Shown here: positions 55,919 through 64,000 of the stretch, one piece after another
Layout: every line of letters begins with the position of its first letter
Numbering within the stretch: the first letter of the stretch is position 1
NCBI GenBank assembly: GCA_022838705.1
Contig: JALHJZ010000002.1
Location: forward strand, 213,258-277,257
DNA from: Candidatus Bipolaricaulota bacterium
GTDB lineage: Bacteria > Bipolaricaulota > Bipolaricaulia > Bipolaricaulales > Bipolaricaulaceae
Reading direction: 5' to 3'
DNA: 64,000 bases
Translations under genes and position numbers: made by a program
Notes under the pieces: model-generated
What the model saw: the letters and a program-made list of their open reading frames with translations, nothing else
Database searches by the model: none
Told to the model about the DNA's origin: nothing

Positions 55919-58555
55919 GTGCGTAACGCGCTATGCTGCCTTCTTGTGACCCTTGCCGGCGAGGCTTTGGCCTCCTCGGTCCAGATCGAGTCCATGTTCG
56001 TCCCCGATGAGCACGTCATCGTCGGCACGATGCGAATGGGATGGGACTCCTCCCCCGGAGAAGCGTGGTTCGCCCTCCTTGGGAACCTCGGACGGGAACC
56101 GAACCCGTACCTCTCCCCGCTGGCGCAGGATGGATCCTACGTTAGCGGGTTCGATCCCGCGTGGACCGTGATCGAACGGGTGGCGTGGTCCACCCCGGAT
56201 GGGGAGGAGGAGCTCCCGTTCGAGCTCCACCCTGCTCCCCCCACGCTCCAGACCTACTCCCTGGACGATGTCCTCCTCCGAGTCGAGCTGCCGGAGGGGG
56301 AAGGGGACCTTTTGATCGCGTTCCGGACGAGGTTCCCCCACATCTGGGCCGGGGAGCCGGGGCGGCTGGGGGACCTGTACACGTGGCGGTTCGGGTGGCA
56401 TCCGTTGCCCTCCTCGCCGCCCGTGGACGGGGCGTGGCCCTTCCTCCTTTCGGCGCACGACTACCAGGTGACGCTCACCGTGCCCGCGGGGTGGGACGCC
56501 GCCCTGCCGGGAGAGGTGACACGGGAGGAGGACGGCGAGCGGACGGTGTTCACAACGCGCTTCTTTGCCCCCGTACGCTCGGTGTCCCTCTTCCTCGCGC
56601 CCAAGGGGACCCTCCGCCGGGCGACGGTACCCCTTCAAGGGATCGACGTCGAGGTGGTCGCCCTACCCGGCGACGAGGACCTGGTCCGCGCGCTGGCGAC
56701 CTACGTCCCGGAGATCCTCGCCTACTACGCGGAGAAGTACGGCCCCTACCCCGAGGGCCGGCTCCTCCTCGTCGAGCACCCAAACGAGATCGGGGTTGCG
56801 ATGACCGCCGATGGGGTCGTGTACCTCCCCCGCTGGCTCTTCCGCCGGTTCGACCTCACCGCAGGTGGGATCCTGTCCCGCTACAGCCGGTACATCCTCG
56901 CCCACGAGCTCGCCCACCTGTGGTGGGGGATCGGAATCGGGGTGGACCTCGATGCCGAGAACTGGCTCTCCGAGGGGATGAGCCAGTACCTGGCGCTCCG
57001 CTGGTACGAGGACACGTTCGGGGCGGACGGGGGGAACGTGTTCCAACTCGAACGAAGCGGCCTCGGGGAGGAGCTGGTGAACCGCCAGCTGGGGTTCGTG
57101 AACCTCCGCCAGCACATGACCGAGCTCCCCTACCTCCAGACCGCGTTCACGGGGTTCGACGAGGCGGTGGTCAAGCCAGGGAACGAAGTCCGCTACGAAC
57201 AAGCGTCCGCAGTGCGCCTCTACGACAAGGGGTACCTCGTCCTCCGCGCCGCGGCGTCGCTGGCGGGGGAGGAGGCGTTCGACGGCGTGCTGCGCCAGGC
57301 CCATGCCCAGGCGCGATCGGGGATGTTCACCTCCGCTGACCTCCAGGCCCTCCTCGAAGGGGCGACGGGGGAAGCCTGGGAGGCGTTCTTCTCCCAGTGG
57401 GTGTACGGTGAGGCGTGGGCCGACTACGCCGTGGCCGGGATGACGCGCGCGCGGGACGGAGGCGAACACGTCACCGCCGTCCACGTCACGCGGGCCGGGA
57501 CCGGGTCCATGCCCGTGACGGTGGAGGTCCGCGGGGCGGAGGGGGAGCGAGCTTCCCAGACCTGGGATGCGGAGGCCGTGTCCGCCACGGTCGAGTTCCG
57601 CACAACGTTTTCTGTGCGCGAGGCGGTGGTGGATCCCGATCACCGTGCGCTTGACGTGGACCGGCTCAATAACGTGTGGCCCCGCCGGTTCGTGGTGATG
57701 CTCGATCGGAACGAATTGCCCCTCGATGCCTACCTCGTCCAGCCTGACGCCGCCACAGAGGGGATGACGATCCGCTACCTCGATCGGTTCGGGTGGGGGG
57801 TGTACCCCCAGGCGATGGCGGTGAGCGGATGGGTTCGCTACGGCCGCGAGTGGACGCTGACGGGGGCGGCCGCGGTGAGGGAGACCATCGTCGGGGCCCT
57901 GTCCTTGACCCGCCACCTGTGGGCCACGCCGCGCCTTGGCTCGGCGGGGACATACTGGGAGCCTGTGGGCGAGCTCACGTTCACCGTGGCCCGCCAGCCC
58001 CAGTGGACGCTCGGCGTCGAGCTCGGATGGCAGGAGGAGCTCGCCCGCGCCCACAGCGGCGGGTTGTCCCTCCTCTGGATCCCGCCGGAGGGATGGAAAG
58101 CGGAGCTCGGCCACACCCAGCTCCTCGGCCTCGCTCCCCACCTCTACCTCACCCTCACCGTGGGGGTCGGTCTGGCCAGCCCGGGCCTCCCGTCGGCCTT
58201 CCTCCCCGCCCTCAGTGAGTTCCGAACGCGGATCGCGGGGAACCCGCCCCAGGGGGACCGGAAGGCCTTCGCCTCGCTAGGGATCTGGCTCCCTCCCCTC
58301 CGGCCGGACTACTCCCTGGGCGGGGCAGCGCTCGTTACCGAGGTCCGCTCCCGCCTCTATGCCTCCCTCGCCCGGCTGTGGCGGGAGGGGGAAGGAGGGG
58401 AGATAATCCCGACCTACCTTGAGGTCGGTGCCGAAGCGGTGATCCAGATCGAGGCGCTGGGGGGGCTCCTCGGGTTCACGGCGGTGGTGGGGATCGGGTG
58501 GCCCCTTTCCCCCGCCGGTGAAGGCGTCCTCTACCTGGGCATCCTCGGTCTGTAA
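55919..58555 (+). CDS. exported M1-family metallopeptidase with a beta-strand-rich C-terminal domain
   Basis: Signal peptide; HELAH...NWLSEG zinc motif; YDKG; DPD..LD.DRLNN. Confidence 0.8.
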   Translation: MRNALCCLLVTLAGEALASSVQIESMFVPDEHVIVGTMRMGWDSSPGEAWFALLGNLGREPNPYLSPLAQDGSYVSGFDPAWTVIERVAWSTPDGEEELPFELHPAPPTLQTYSLDDVLLRVELPEGEGDLLIAFRTRFPHIWAGEPGRLGDLYTWRFGWHPLPSSPPVDGAWPFLLSAHDYQVTLTVPAGWDAALPGEVTREEDGERTVFTTRFFAPVRSVSLFLAPKGTLRRATVPLQGIDVEVVALPGDEDLVRALATYVPEILAYYAEKYGPYPEGRLLLVEHPNEIGVAMTADGVVYLPRWLFRRFDLTAGGILSRYSRYILAHELAHLWWGIGIGVDLDAENWLSEGMSQYLALRWYEDTFGADGGNVFQLERSGLGEELVNRQLGFVNLRQHMTELPYLQTAFTGFDEAVVKPGNEVRYEQASAVRLYDKGYLVLRAAASLAGEEAFDGVLRQAHAQARSGMFTSADLQALLEGATGEAWEAFFSQWVYGEAWADYAVAGMTRARDGGEHVTAVHVTRAGTGSMPVTVEVRGAEGERASQTWDAEAVSATVEFRTTFSVREAVVDPDHRALDVDRLNNVWPRRFVVMLDRNELPLDAYLVQPDAATEGMTIRYLDRFGWGVYPQAMAVSGWVRYGREWTLTGAAAVRETIVGALSLTRHLWATPRLGSAGTYWEPVGELTFTVARQPQWTLGVELGWQEELARAHSGGLSLLWIPPEGWKAELGHTQLLGLAPHLYLTLTVGVGLASPGLPSAFLPALSEFRTRIAGNPPQGDRKAFASLGIWLPPLRPDYSLGGAALVTEVRSRLYASLARLWREGEGGEIIPTYLEVGAEAVIQIEALGGLLGFTAVVGIGWPLSPAGEGVLYLGILGL

Positions 58556-58570
58556 GCGAGAGGAGGAGAG

Positions 58571-60925
58571 GTGCGGGCATCCCTGAACTGGCTTTCCGAG
58601 TACGTGGACCTCCCCGAGGTCCCACGGGAGGCGCTCGTCGCGCGGCTGACCGTGGCCGGGCTCGAGGTGGAGCGGATCGAGTCCCTGGACGCGGAGGGGG
58701 TGGTCGTGGCCCGGGTGGTGGCAATCGAGCCCCACCCGAAAGCGAGGAACCTCTCCCTGTGCCAGGTCGAAACGGGGACGGACCACCGGACCGTCGTGTG
58801 CGGCGCTGATAACGTGCGGGTGGGAGGCCTCTTCCCTCTCGCCCTCCCCGGTGCTCGCCTTCCGGGGGGGGAGCTCTCCGTGGCCACGATCCGGGGCGTG
58901 AAGAGCGAGGGGATGCTCCTCTCCCAGAAGGAACTTGGGCTGGAGGGGAAATCGGCCGGGGTCTGGGACCTCCCCCCCGATCTCCCGCTAGGGGCGGACC
59001 TCGCGCCGTTGGTGGGGTTCCCGGACACCGTGTTCTCCCTCAAGATCACGTCCAACCGGCCGGACCTCCTCGGGATCGTGGGGATCGCCCGCGAAATCTC
59101 CGCCCTGTACCGGACCACGATGCGCGATCCGGACCTCTCGTTCCCCGAACTCGGCCCCACCGCGGCCAGCCTGACCGACGTTCAGATCGAGGATCCCACT
59201 GACTGCCCCCGCTACGTGGCCCGCATCATCCGGGGGATCGCCGATCGCCCATCCCCGGTTTCGATCCAGGCGCGGCTCCTCAAGGGCGGGATGCGGCCGC
59301 TCGCGCTGGCGGTGGACATCACGAACTACGTGCTGCTGGAACTGGGGCATCCCCTCCACGCGTTCGATCTGGGAAAGCTCGCCGAGGGGCGGATCGTCGT
59401 CCGTCGGGCAAGGCGGGGGGAGCGGATCCGAACCCTGGATGGGATGGAGCGGGACCTCTCCCCGGAGGTGCTTGTGATCGCCGACGCGGTGCGGCCGGTA
59501 GCCGTGGCCGGCGTGATGGGGGGGGCGGAGAGCGAGGTCAGCACGGGCACCCGCGAGGTCCTCCTCGAGGCGGCCGCGTTCGCCCCGGCCCGGGTGCGGC
59601 GCTCGGCGCGGGCGGTGGGCGTCCGTACCGAGGCGAGCCTGCGCTTCGAGCGGGGCCTGTCCCCCGAGATGGCGGATCTCGCGTCCTGCCGCTACTGCGC
59701 CCTCCTCTCCCAGCAGGCAGAGGTCGCGATCGCCCGCGGAGCGGTGGACGCCTACCCCTCTCCCGCCCGGGCGGGCCTCGTCTCCCTCCGCAAGCGACGC
59801 GTGGCGGAGCTCCTCGGGGTCGAGGTGCCCCCGTCCCAGGTCGCGGACGACCTGACCCGCCTTGGGCTCACCGTCGCGGATCGCGGGGATGCCTGGGACG
59901 CGCGGATCCCCCCGTTCCGGCAGGACCTCGGGCGGGAGATCGACCTCATCGAGGAGGTCGCCCGCCTGTACGGCTACGACCGGATTCCAGCCCTCGCCCC
60001 GCGGACCGAGCTTCGGATCGGGAGGAAGGACCCCCGGGAAGCGTTCGCGGACCGGATGCGGGGGATCCTCGCCGCGCTGGGCCTCGTCGAGGCCTACACC
60101 CCGGGGTTCCTCCCCGCAGAGGAGGCCGAGGTGAGGCTGCGGAACCCGCTCGCCCAGGGCGGCGACGGGCTGAGGCCGAGCCTCCTCCCCGGGCTCCTCG
60201 CTGTCGTGCGGGGGAACCTCGAAGCCCAGGCACCGGGCGTGGCCGTGTTCGAGGTCGGCCGCGTGTTCCTGCGCCGAGATGGGGCGGTGACGGAGGAGGA
60301 CCGCGTGGGGATCGCCCTCGCCGGCCGCCCCCCCCTCCCCCTGTCTGGGAAACGGGAGTACTCCCCGGCGGACCTGAAGGGGCTCCTCGACGCCCTCCTC
60401 GCCGCCCTGCGCCTCGAAAACGCCGCCCTCGGGGAGATCGAGGATGCCCGGCTTCACCCCTACCGCCGGGCCGGGATCTACCTCGTGCCCCGTGAGGACC
60501 GCGGGCCGCGGACGCTGATCGGATGGCTCGGCGAGCTCTCCCCCGCCCTGCGAGCCGACCTCCCCGGCGAGCGGCGGGTGTTGGCGCTGGAGCTGGCCCT
60601 CCCCCCCCTCTGCATGGCGACCTGCCCTCCCGAACACCACCCCCTCCCCCGTTCGCCGGCCTCGAAGCGCGACCTATCCCTCCTCGTGCCCCAGGACATC
60701 CCCGAAGGGACCGTCCGCGGGGAGCTCCTCGCCGAACCGCTCGTTGAGAGCGCCTTCCTGTACGACCTCTACTGCGGGGAGGGCGTCCCCGCCGGCTACC
60801 TCAGCCTGACCTACGAGGTCACGTTCCGCGACCCGGAGCGGACCCTAGCCTCGGACGAGGTCGAGGCGGCGGTGGGGCGGATCCTCGCCCGTCTCCAGCC
60901 GCTCGGGGCACGCATCCGGACCTAG
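58571..60925 (+). CDS. pheT: phenylalanine--tRNA ligase beta subunit
   Basis: VVCGADN, SEGML, ITSNRPD, VDITNY, HAFD, AGVMGG, DLIEEVARLYGYD, RDLS. Confidence 0.95.
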   Translation: MRASLNWLSEYVDLPEVPREALVARLTVAGLEVERIESLDAEGVVVARVVAIEPHPKARNLSLCQVETGTDHRTVVCGADNVRVGGLFPLALPGARLPGGELSVATIRGVKSEGMLLSQKELGLEGKSAGVWDLPPDLPLGADLAPLVGFPDTVFSLKITSNRPDLLGIVGIAREISALYRTTMRDPDLSFPELGPTAASLTDVQIEDPTDCPRYVARIIRGIADRPSPVSIQARLLKGGMRPLALAVDITNYVLLELGHPLHAFDLGKLAEGRIVVRRARRGERIRTLDGMERDLSPEVLVIADAVRPVAVAGVMGGAESEVSTGTREVLLEAAAFAPARVRRSARAVGVRTEASLRFERGLSPEMADLASCRYCALLSQQAEVAIARGAVDAYPSPARAGLVSLRKRRVAELLGVEVPPSQVADDLTRLGLTVADRGDAWDARIPPFRQDLGREIDLIEEVARLYGYDRIPALAPRTELRIGRKDPREAFADRMRGILAALGLVEAYTPGFLPAEEAEVRLRNPLAQGGDGLRPSLLPGLLAVVRGNLEAQAPGVAVFEVGRVFLRRDGAVTEEDRVGIALAGRPPLPLSGKREYSPADLKGLLDALLAALRLENAALGEIEDARLHPYRRAGIYLVPREDRGPRTLIGWLGELSPALRADLPGERRVLALELALPPLCMATCPPEHHPLPRSPASKRDLSLLVPQDIPEGTVRGELLAEPLVESAFLYDLYCGEGVPAGYLSLTYEVTFRDPERTLASDEVEAAVGRILARLQPLGARIRT

Positions 60926-61345
60926 ATGGAGCGGATCGCGAGCACCCACGGCCCGGAGGAAACGGAGGAGGTGGGGTTCGGCCTCGCCTCCCTCCTCACG
61001 GATGGGGATGTGGTGGCCCTCGTCGGGGAGCTCGGGGCGGGGAAGACGACGTTCGTGAAGGGCCTCGCCCGCGGGCTGTTCGTGAAGGAGGCCATCCTCT
61101 CGCCGAGCTTCCTCCTCGCCCGCAGCTACGAGGGAAGGATCCCGTTTCATCACCTCGATGCCTACAGGATCACCTCCCCCCGCGAGCTCGCCGAGGTCGG
61201 GCTCCAGGAGCTCCTCCCCCCGTCCACTGGGGTGACGGCCGTGGAGTGGGCGGACCGAATCGCGGACCTCATCCCACCCCAGGCTGTATGGGTCACGCTC
61301 GAACACGCGGGCGGCGACCGCCGCCGGATCATCCTCCGCCGCTAG
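60926..61345 (+). CDS. tsaE: tRNA threonylcarbamoyladenosine biosynthesis ATPase
   Basis: GELGAGKTTF, SPSF, HLDAYR, VEWA. Confidence 0.95.
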   Translation: MERIASTHGPEETEEVGFGLASLLTDGDVVALVGELGAGKTTFVKGLARGLFVKEAILSPSFLLARSYEGRIPFHHLDAYRITSPRELAEVGLQELLPPSTGVTAVEWADRIADLIPPQAVWVTLEHAGGDRRRIILRR

Positions 61346-62352
61346 CTCCAGACGCCGGGGATCGCCCCACCGCAGTGCGGGCAATGGCCCTCGAGGAGCG
61401 CGTTCCTGACGACCTGGAACCCGTAGCGGCGGATGACGAGCCGGCCGCAGGAGGGGCAGATCGTGTCCTCCCCCTCGCCGGGGAAGTTCCCCAGGTACAC
61501 GAACCGCAGGCCCGCCGCGCGCCCGATGTCCCGCGCCCGGCGGAGGGTCTCCAGCGGGGTCGGCGGGAGGTCCTGGGCCCGGTAGGAGGGGACGAACCGC
61601 GACACATGCCATGGAATATCGGGAGAGACCCCGGCCAGGAACTGCGCGATCCATCCCAGCTCCTCGTCGGAGTCGTTCCGTCCCGGGATGATGAGCGTCG
61701 TCACCTCGACCCAGATCCCGTGGGCCACCATCCGCCGGATCGTGTCGAGCACCGGCTGGAGGGAGGCGCCACAGTACCGGCGGTAGAAGTCGTCCGAGAA
61801 CGCCTTGAGGTCCACATTGGCCGCGTGGAGCCAGCCATGGGCCGCGGCAAGGGCTTCCTCGGTCAGGTAGCCATTGGTGACGAAGGCATTCCGGATCCCC
61901 TGTCCGTGGGCGATCCTCCCCGTGTCGTAGCACATTTCGAAGAACACCGCCGGCTCGGTGTAGGTGTAGGCGATGATCGGGGCGTGGGTGTCCCGAGCGG
62001 CCCGCACCACGTCCTCGGGCGAGACAGGTTCCCCGAGGATCCCCCCCCGGTGCTCCCGCGGGTACTGAGAGATGATGTAGTTCTGGCAGAAATCGCACCG
62101 GAAGTTGCACCCCATCGCGGCGATGGAGAGGGCCGGCGAGCCGGGGAGGAAGTGGTAGAGGGGTTTCTTCTCGATCGGGTCGAGGGTCTGGGACACAAGG
62201 CGGCCGTAGACGAGGGTGTGGAGCGTCCCGTTTTGGTTCTCGCGGACGGCGCACACGCCGCGCCCCCCGGGGGGGATGAGGCATCGGTGGGCGCAGAGCG
62301 TGCACCGCACCCGTCCCTCCCCGGCTCCTTCCCACAGCATCGCCTCGCGCAT
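61342..62352 (-). CDS. amrS: AmmeMemoRadiSam system radical SAM enzyme
   Basis: CTLCAHRC, DPIEKKPLYHF, GCNFRCDFCQN (CxxxCxxC), YTYTEP, NVDLKAF, CPSC...CPHC. Confidence 0.9.
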   Translation of the reverse strand: MREAMLWEGAGEGRVRCTLCAHRCLIPPGGRGVCAVRENQNGTLHTLVYGRLVSQTLDPIEKKPLYHFLPGSPALSIAAMGCNFRCDFCQNYIISQYPREHRGGILGEPVSPEDVVRAARDTHAPIIAYTYTEPAVFFEMCYDTGRIAHGQGIRNAFVTNGYLTEEALAAAHGWLHAANVDLKAFSDDFYRRYCGASLQPVLDTIRRMVAHGIWVEVTTLIIPGRNDSDEELGWIAQFLAGVSPDIPWHVSRFVPSYRAQDLPPTPLETLRRARDIGRAAGLRFVYLGNFPGEGEDTICPSCGRLVIRRYGFQVVRNALLEGHCPHCGGAIPGVWS

Positions 62353-62423
62353 CGCGGGATTATCGTACGTCGGCACGTCTGGGCCTGGCAAGGAACCGCT
62401 GTCCCCGGGTATCCTCGCTTCCG

Positions 62424-63086
62424 ATGTCACCATCGGACGCGATCGCTCAGCGTTGCCGGGAGGTCCTGCGGCGGGTTCCACCCGGGGTGACGGTCGTCGC
62501 GGCGACGAAGGGGCGGGTGCCGGACGAGGTCCGCCAGGCGATCGCGGCGGGGATCGGCCACATCGGGGAGAACTATGTCCAGGACGCGGAACGAAAGAGG
62601 GGGGCCGTCCCCGAGCCGGCGACGTGGCACATGATCGGCCGCCTCCAGACGAACAAGGTGAACCGGGCAGCGCGGGCCTTCGACTGGGTGCAGACGATCC
62701 ACTCACCCGAGCTCGCCCGGCGGCTTTCCGCATCCTGCGCCGCCCACGGGAAGGAGCTTCCCGTCCTCCTCCAGGTCAACATCGGCCGCGAGCCCAACAA
62801 GGGGGGAGCTCTCCCCAAGGAGATCCCCGCCCTCGCGCAGGAGGTCCGCGCCCTCCCCTCGCTCCACCTGCGGGGCCTGATGGCCATCCCCCCCGCCGGG
62901 GAGAGGCCGGAGGACACGCGGCCCTACTTCCGGGCGATGCGGAAGCTCTTCGCAGCGCTACAGGATGAAGGCTTTGACCTCGATACCCTGTCCATGGGGA
63001 TGAGCGCGGACTGGGAGGTGGCCGTCGAGGAAGGGGCGACGATGATCCGCCTCGGCACCCTCCTCTTCGGCCCCCGGCTGGGTTGA
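62424..63086 (+). CDS. yggS: PLP homeostasis protein YggS
   Basis: VVAATK, GENYVQ, WHMIGRLQTNK, GLMAIP, LSMGMSAD, IRLGT. Confidence 0.95.
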   Translation: MSPSDAIAQRCREVLRRVPPGVTVVAATKGRVPDEVRQAIAAGIGHIGENYVQDAERKRGAVPEPATWHMIGRLQTNKVNRAARAFDWVQTIHSPELARRLSASCAAHGKELPVLLQVNIGREPNKGGALPKEIPALAQEVRALPSLHLRGLMAIPPAGERPEDTRPYFRAMRKLFAALQDEGFDLDTLSMGMSADWEVAVEEGATMIRLGTLLFGPRLG

Positions 63087-63186
63087 TCATCTCTCCCTCA
63101 AGGGCTGATGCCATTGCTCCCGTCTTACATCTCATCGTAGCCGAAAAGATCTTTCCTCAAAGGCCTCGCTGCGCCCTTTGTGATCT

Positions 63187-63218
63187 CTACAGGGAGTTTT
63201 TAAAGCGCCTCTCTGTAG
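63187..63218. terminator. hairpin between convergent yggS and the final CDS
   Basis: CTACAGGGAG-N12-CTCTCTGTAG (one G:U pair). Confidence 0.45.
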
Positions 63219-63279
63219 TGGGCCAACACATTGTGACCCCCCTTAGAGGCCCAGGTCACTGCCACCTCATCCAGGAGGA

Positions 63280-63999
63280 TCACAGGGAAGGCGGTAAATT
63301 TTCAAGAAGCCAACCCATGATGTGCCCCATCAGTTCCTCACGTTCGGTCTGATCCGTCACCTTCTCGAACGCGAACCCGAGAAAGACGCATTGGCTGTTG
63401 TCCTTGGTGAAGCGAATGCCCGCCGTGCCCGTTGCCACCCCTGTGTATTCAATGATGGGCACGGCCAGAGGGTCGGCCGGCTCGATGATATTGGGATAGT
63501 AACTTTGAATGGTGGAGGAGATGCCTTCCAGAATCTCGCCGGCGATGCCCGCCACCCCTTTGGCGCCGCTAGGTGCCCTCTTCACAAAACGGATGTGGAG
63601 GGTATCTGTGAGAAAGGATCGAGGCGACGTGCCCTCGGCGATGTAGTCGCCAGTGAGGAGTAGCCGGCCGCCGGCGTCCAGGTAGTCCTTTACAGCCGTT
63701 TGGTCAGCGCTGCTCAATCCCCACTTATCCCAGCCCCCGTACCAGATGACTACGGGGTAGGTCCGCAGAGTAGTCGCGGGTGGCGCGCCGACGTAGTCCG
63801 CCGGGAAGAAGTCGTAGCGGGTGTAGCCGTTGGCCTCCAGAGCCCCGGTATAGATATCACGCACGTTAGTAGTTGTGTAGTCGTTCTCCACCACCAGGAT
63901 GTCGGCCCCGGTCAGCACGCCGGCTCCGGCATATGGTGTAGCTGTGTAGGCCCAGGGGTGGCCGATGGTGGCCTGGTTGATGATGGGCAGCCCCTTGGT
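63280..63999 (-). CDS. C-terminal part of a hypothetical protein (5' end outside the window); lower GC
   Basis: Frame is open to the window edge; ILVVEND...YPVVIWYGG...YLDAGGRLLLTG flavodoxin-like alpha/beta pattern. Confidence 0.6.
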   Translation of the reverse strand, partial: TKGLPIINQATIGHPWAYTATPYAGAGVLTGADILVVENDYTTTNVRDIYTGALEANGYTRYDFFPADYVGAPPATTLRTYPVVIWYGGWDKWGLSSADQTAVKDYLDAGGRLLLTGDYIAEGTSPRSFLTDTLHIRFVKRAPSGAKGVAGIAGEILEGISSTIQSYYPNIIEPADPLAVPIIEYTGVATGTAGIRFTKDNSQCVFLGFAFEKVTDQTEREELMGHIMGWLLENLPPSL

Positions 64000-64000
64000 G

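Noticed and set aside
418-62968. Hundreds of long alternative-frame ORFs in the track (e.g. 418-2541 +, 39531-42308 +, 20125-21603 -, 58988-60640 -)
   Set aside because: Shadow ORFs typical of high-GC DNA. They are Arg/Pro/Gly/Ala-rich or antisense mirrors of well-supported genes, with no family motifs.
63083-63352. 89-aa plus-strand ORF overlapping the yggS stop (TTGA)
   Set aside because: Atypical codon usage, no motif, spans a terminator-like hairpin and overlaps the convergent CDS.
1-64000. CRISPR arrays, IS elements, integrases, prophage genes, rRNA, defence systems
   Set aside because: I saw no regularly spaced direct repeats, terminal inverted repeats, transposase or integrase motifs, or rRNA-like sequence. 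Neither tRNA is flanked by a duplicated 3' end.

Overview
A high-GC bacterial chromosomal window, densely coding and mostly housekeeping. It holds about 60 CDS and two tRNAs (Ser-TGA, Glu-CTC). I found no CRISPR array, transposase, integrase or rRNA. The gene content suggests Candidatus Bipolaricaulota (Acetothermia/OP1), but this is an impression and was not tested. Content: lipid, nucleotide and isoprenoid genes (plsC, cmk, ispE, pgsA, pyrH); amino-acid catabolism (hutH/hutI, glutamate dehydrogenase, gcvH/PA/PB, ltaE, an arginine-synthetase-like COG2403 protein); translation and RNA genes (glnS, rpsB, tsf, rpsP, trmD, ffh, nusA, rimP, rnc, rny, pheT, tsaE, an archaeal-type trmY); and several lineage-specific envelope proteins (beta-barrel-like proteins, PKD and FN3 lipoproteins, a SurA-TPR fusion, a cohesin-like modular protein, an M1 peptidase with a beta-rich tail). 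The strongest signal the ORF track misses is regulatory. About 17 genes, nearly all at the head of a transcription unit, have a TANNNT -10 box only 6-8 nt before the start codon and no Shine-Dalgarno, which points to pervasive leaderless mRNAs. This includes a 23-nt bidirectional promoter with interlocked -10 boxes and a near-leaderless tRNA. Many start codons below were re-called from homology and these motifs, so they differ from the ORF track. All family assignments come from recognised motifs and remembered sequences; no database searches were run.
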